Positions 60,903-64,000 of a stretch of DNA of 64,000 bases are shown one piece after another. The position numbers and the translations under genes were made by a program. Below the pieces are notes generated by a model, which was not told the DNA's origin, did no database searches, and saw nothing but the letters and a program-made list of their open reading frames with translations. This DNA comes from Rhodospirillaceae bacterium. GTDB lineage: Bacteria; Pseudomonadota; Alphaproteobacteria; JAEUKQ01. Position 1 is the stretch's first letter, and each line of letters begins with the position of its first letter. Where the stretch lies: contig JADKIX010000003.1 in assembly GCA_016722635.1 (NCBI GenBank), forward strand, positions 155,543 through 219,542, in the 5' to 3' direction.

Positions 60903-61460
60903 CTATTTTTGCTTATGTTCTTTGGTTAATATTTGAATTTCGCGCTCAACAAGTTTCTCAACGATTGGCGTCAAATTCTTATTTAACCATTCTCGTAACA
61001 ATGGTTTTAAAGCTTCTTGCGCTAAGTCGTTAATTGTCATCGAGGGATTTTTTCCCTCGGTTTTTATTTTCTGCAACCGGTCAATCGTTCCCATTGCTTG
61101 TTTAATAGTTGATTGATCCAATAATAAATCCGGTGAACTTCGGGTATTTTGCGATGCTTGCGTTGCAGGTATATGTGGTGATTGATTGAAGGTTTCCGCT
61201 GGCTCCTTAAAAATAATGTCGCGCTCAGATAACATCAATAATTCATCATCATCATCCAAATCTTTTGGCGATTGCGAATGGTTATCAGGTTCTTTCAAAG
61301 GTTGCCCCACAGAACTGGGGGGGGATTCCTTAATGTTTGCACCCCTTAAGTTATCCGCATTTTGCTTTTGGGAGACCACTTCTTTAGCGACCATCTGGCG
61401 AATAGAGGCCAATATTTCTGACATCGATATCTCTGGTTTTTCATCTTTTTTATCAGTCAT
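60903..61460 (-). CDS. popZ: PopZ-like polar organising protein (DUF2497)
   Basis: Acidic/Pro-rich disordered middle and C-terminal DUF2497 helix LKPLLREWLNKNLTPIVEKLVEREI; conserved tolC-DUF2497-valS neighbourhood. Confidence 0.65.
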   Translation of the reverse strand: MTDKKDEKPEISMSEILASIRQMVAKEVVSQKQNADNLRGANIKESPPSSVGQPLKEPDNHSQSPKDLDDDDELLMLSERDIIFKEPAETFNQSPHIPATQASQNTRSSPDLLLDQSTIKQAMGTIDRLQKIKTEGKNPSMTINDLAQEALKPLLREWLNKNLTPIVEKLVEREIQILTKEHKQK

Positions 61461-61512
61461 TGTTAACTACAAAAATACAAGAAATGATTGCTATTTATTT
61501 TATAACGAAAGC

Positions 61513-62871
61513 CTATTTTATCGGCAGCGAAAGGTCATCTAAACTTAGTTTACCAATAGCTGCCAAGACACTATAAGAGGCAACAATTTCATCCCTTTTC
61601 GTAATTACCAAGGAAACTTGAGCATCAAGATATTCTTGCTCAGCGTCCAAAGAATCTAATAAGGTGCGTGAGCCGACCGCAGCTTCTTGCCGAATGCCTT
61701 CCAAAGCAATTTTAGAAGCGTGCACTTGCGATTCATAGGCCTTAGCTTGCGCGCGAACAGATATAAGTTCTTGCCAAGAACTAATGGCGCTTTGGATGGT
61801 AAATTCTTGTTGTGCACGTAATTCCTGCTGGCGTTGGTTAGCAATCAATTTTGACTCTCGCAAACGCGACTCTGGCAATCCCGCTTGATATAAAGGAATA
61901 GATATTTGGGCCATAATCGTACCTGTTTTCAGGCGGGTGTTACGGTTATCATGACGAAAATTATTTTCTTCCATTGAATAGGATCCAATTAAGGAAACAG
62001 TTGGCAACAATTCACCAAAAGATAAATCAATGCCATCCCTAGCTGCTTTCTCAAGGTAAGCAGATAACAACACTGCGGGATTGTTTGCAGCAGCCTGCAA
62101 TAGTTCTTCCTGGGTTTTCGGTAAATTGGCAGGTGCCAAGGGAGACCGCAAATTCTTTGGATCCACCCCAACGACACGAACAAAAGCAGCTTTAGAAATA
62201 GCGAGATTGCCTTCCGCCCTAATCCTTTGAGCGGTTGCACCAGACAGCCTTGATTCAGAGAGAGCAACGTCAGTTCTGGTTATTTCCCCTACCCTAAAGC
62301 GATCTTGCGAGGCCGACAATTGCCGACCAATCACTTGTTCATTGCTTTTTGTTAAGCTCAAAATGGCCTGGTCACGAACGACATCCATATAAGCCCTTAC
62401 CGTTTCCAACAAAATATTCTGTTCTGTGGATCTGAAACTAGCTTGTTGGGCAGAAACCAGATTTTTTGCCTGTTTGGTAGCCGCAATTGTTCGACCGCCG
62501 CGATATAATGGCTGCACAACAGTTATTTCAGCTTGCCAAGGATAAGTGTTGATTTTACTCGAATTGCCAATTGCACTATCAATAACTTGATACCCTCGCC
62601 CGATTGAACCTGTCACTGCAATATTTGGCTGCCATCCGGATAAGGCTTGGGGAATTTTCTGATTAACCGCTTGCAGTTCAGAACGGGCAGCCGCTAGCAC
62701 AGGGTTATTAAGATACGCTTGCGTTAAGGCCTCATTAAGCGTCTGTCCGCTAGAAACATGGCTATATAGGTTGGTTAGTAGAAAAGCGGTAATTAAGCTA
62801 GGAATCGTCTTATTTATTTTCGATGGTATGGATAAAAGAAGCTTCCCCTTTTTTAAGGTCAAAAATTGCAT
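61513..62871 (-). CDS. tolC: TolC-family outer membrane efflux protein
   Basis: 452 aa; signal peptide; two OEP repeats. Confidence 0.8.
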   Translation of the reverse strand: MQFLTLKKGKLLLSIPSKINKTIPSLITAFLLTNLYSHVSSGQTLNEALTQAYLNNPVLAAARSELQAVNQKIPQALSGWQPNIAVTGSIGRGYQVIDSAIGNSSKINTYPWQAEITVVQPLYRGGRTIAATKQAKNLVSAQQASFRSTEQNILLETVRAYMDVVRDQAILSLTKSNEQVIGRQLSASQDRFRVGEITRTDVALSESRLSGATAQRIRAEGNLAISKAAFVRVVGVDPKNLRSPLAPANLPKTQEELLQAAANNPAVLLSAYLEKAARDGIDLSFGELLPTVSLIGSYSMEENNFRHDNRNTRLKTGTIMAQISIPLYQAGLPESRLRESKLIANQRQQELRAQQEFTIQSAISSWQELISVRAQAKAYESQVHASKIALEGIRQEAAVGSRTLLDSLDAEQEYLDAQVSLVITKRDEIVASYSVLAAIGKLSLDDLSLPIK

Positions 62872-62911
62872 TCCTCAAACTCCTATGTTACCAAAATTAT
62901 ACAGAAAAGAA

Positions 62912-63577
62912 TTAAAAAACAAAAGATTTATGGACTTGGAAAGCCTTCAATAAAGGCAACGTTAAATCAAAAGCATCTGTGGTCATATGGTTATTATCTA
63001 ATTTAGAAATAATTTTAGCCTTCCCTAAAAATGGCTTTACATATTCTACATAAACAATGCGACCGCCATCACTTAATTGCTCCAAAAAAGACGGTGGCAA
63101 TATTTCAACAGCACCTTCGACAATTATACAATCAAAAGGGGCAGCATTGGCATAACCTGTTTTTAAATTAGCATGTTTGATGGTAACATTTTGAAGTCCT
63201 AAAGCCTTCATATTTTGGGCGGCTTCCACGCAAAAAGAATCAACATCATCAATTGCATAAACCTGACTGGCAAGCCCTGCCGCTATAGCACTCATATAAC
63301 CCGACCCACACCCAATCAATAATACCCGATCAATATCTCGGATCTTGGCCAATTGCAGTAACTGTGCAACTGCAATTGGTTGAAATAAATACCGATCGTT
63401 TCCTAAAGATACATATTGATCTATATAGGCTTTCCAACGATCGTCTTTTGGTAAAAACATCTCCCTTGGAACTTCCAAAACCCGATCCAAAAGCCGTTCA
63501 TCCTGAATTTTATTAGGACGCAATTGATTTGTTACCATATTACGTCTTGCAAACTCATAATTAATATTCGCCACCAA
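62912..63577 (-). CDS. pcm: protein-L-isoaspartate O-methyltransferase
   Basis: LLIGCGSGYMSA SAM motif; pcm-tolC synteny typical of alphaproteobacteria. Confidence 0.75.
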   Translation of the reverse strand: MVANINYEFARRNMVTNQLRPNKIQDERLLDRVLEVPREMFLPKDDRWKAYIDQYVSLGNDRYLFQPIAVAQLLQLAKIRDIDRVLLIGCGSGYMSAIAAGLASQVYAIDDVDSFCVEAAQNMKALGLQNVTIKHANLKTGYANAAPFDCIIVEGAVEILPPSFLEQLSDGGRIVYVEYVKPFLGKAKIISKLDNNHMTTDAFDLTLPLLKAFQVHKSFVF

Positions 63578-63838
63578 TTTTGCCTCTACCCGCCAGATAC
63601 CTAATTTATTACCTAGCTTTAAATTAACAAAAGTTTCGCTGAAAGAGATTTTTTAACCTATCACCAGAAAATAAAAAACTGAATTTTATATTCCCTTATT
63701 CCTATATCTTAATTTCTTAAGGAAAGCTAATAGCTTTTTCTATTCCCATGCCTTTAAAACTTTAAAGGCCAGAAATGATAAAAATTTATTTACAACATCT
63801 TCAGTTAATTATAAAAGCATGAGGTAGATTATTCAATT

Positions 63839-63912
63839 GGCCCGGTGGCAGAATGGTCATGCAGAGGACTGCAAATCCTTCAATGTCGGTTCGATTCCGG
63901 CCCGGGCCTCCA
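63839..63912 (+). tRNA. tRNA-Cys (anticodon GCA)
   Basis: GGCCCGG/CCGGGCC acceptor stem, anticodon loop CTGCAAA, GGTTCGATTCC T-arm, CCA encoded. Confidence 0.85.
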
Positions 63913-64000
63913 ATTAACAAAACTTGTGCCGTACATTTTCTTTTTTGTTGCACGTAAAGAAGTGGCGTTTTCTAAAACAAAATTAAAAATCCATTGTTTG

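Noticed and set aside
1-64000. CRISPR arrays, IS elements, toxin-antitoxin or phage-defence cassettes
   Set aside because: No direct-repeat arrays, no transposase-like ORFs, no inverted-repeat-flanked units detected; the only mobile-element trace is the integrase remnant at tRNA-Val

Overview
This window reads as a chromosomal segment of an AT-rich alphaproteobacterium. Alpha-specific markers present are GcrA, the DivK-PleD pair, a PopZ-like DUF2497 protein, an F1Fo-ATPase zeta (DUF1476) homologue, and the pcm-tolC-DUF2497-valS synteny. Most of the window is densely packed housekeeping genes. These cover fatty-acid synthesis (fabD-fabG-acpP-fabF-mltG), ribosomal proteins (rpsF-rpsR-rplI, rpmG), replication and repair (dnaB, radA, radC), tRNA synthetases (aspS, valS), envelope biogenesis (yfgM-bamB-der, mlaEF, tolC, pbpC-yfhM, lytic transglycosylases) and two tRNAs (Val-GAC, Cys-GCA). 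Most genes run on the minus strand from about 17.5 kb to 37 kb. The standout accessory feature is a compact five-gene operon at 9.06-11.76 kb. It has two tandem DUF2282 Cys-rich secreted precursor peptides, one with a Sec signal and one with a lipobox. These are followed by a DUF692 (MbnB-like) gene, a DUF2063 (MbnC-like partner) gene and a DoxX membrane protein. That is the architecture of the recently described bufferin-type copper-binding ribosomally synthesized and post-translationally modified peptide (RiPP) systems. Other points: a decayed tyrosine-integrase remnant abuts tRNA-Val; PleD carries a degenerate GGDEF motif. Four genes (cobB, the zeta subunit, dnaB and an S41 protease) are each broken by a single frameshift inside a 5-7 nt homopolymer. 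Because the essential dnaB is among them, systematic homopolymer sequencing error is the likeliest explanation. One missed small gene (rpmG) was recovered by hand. No CRISPR array or intact mobile element is seen.
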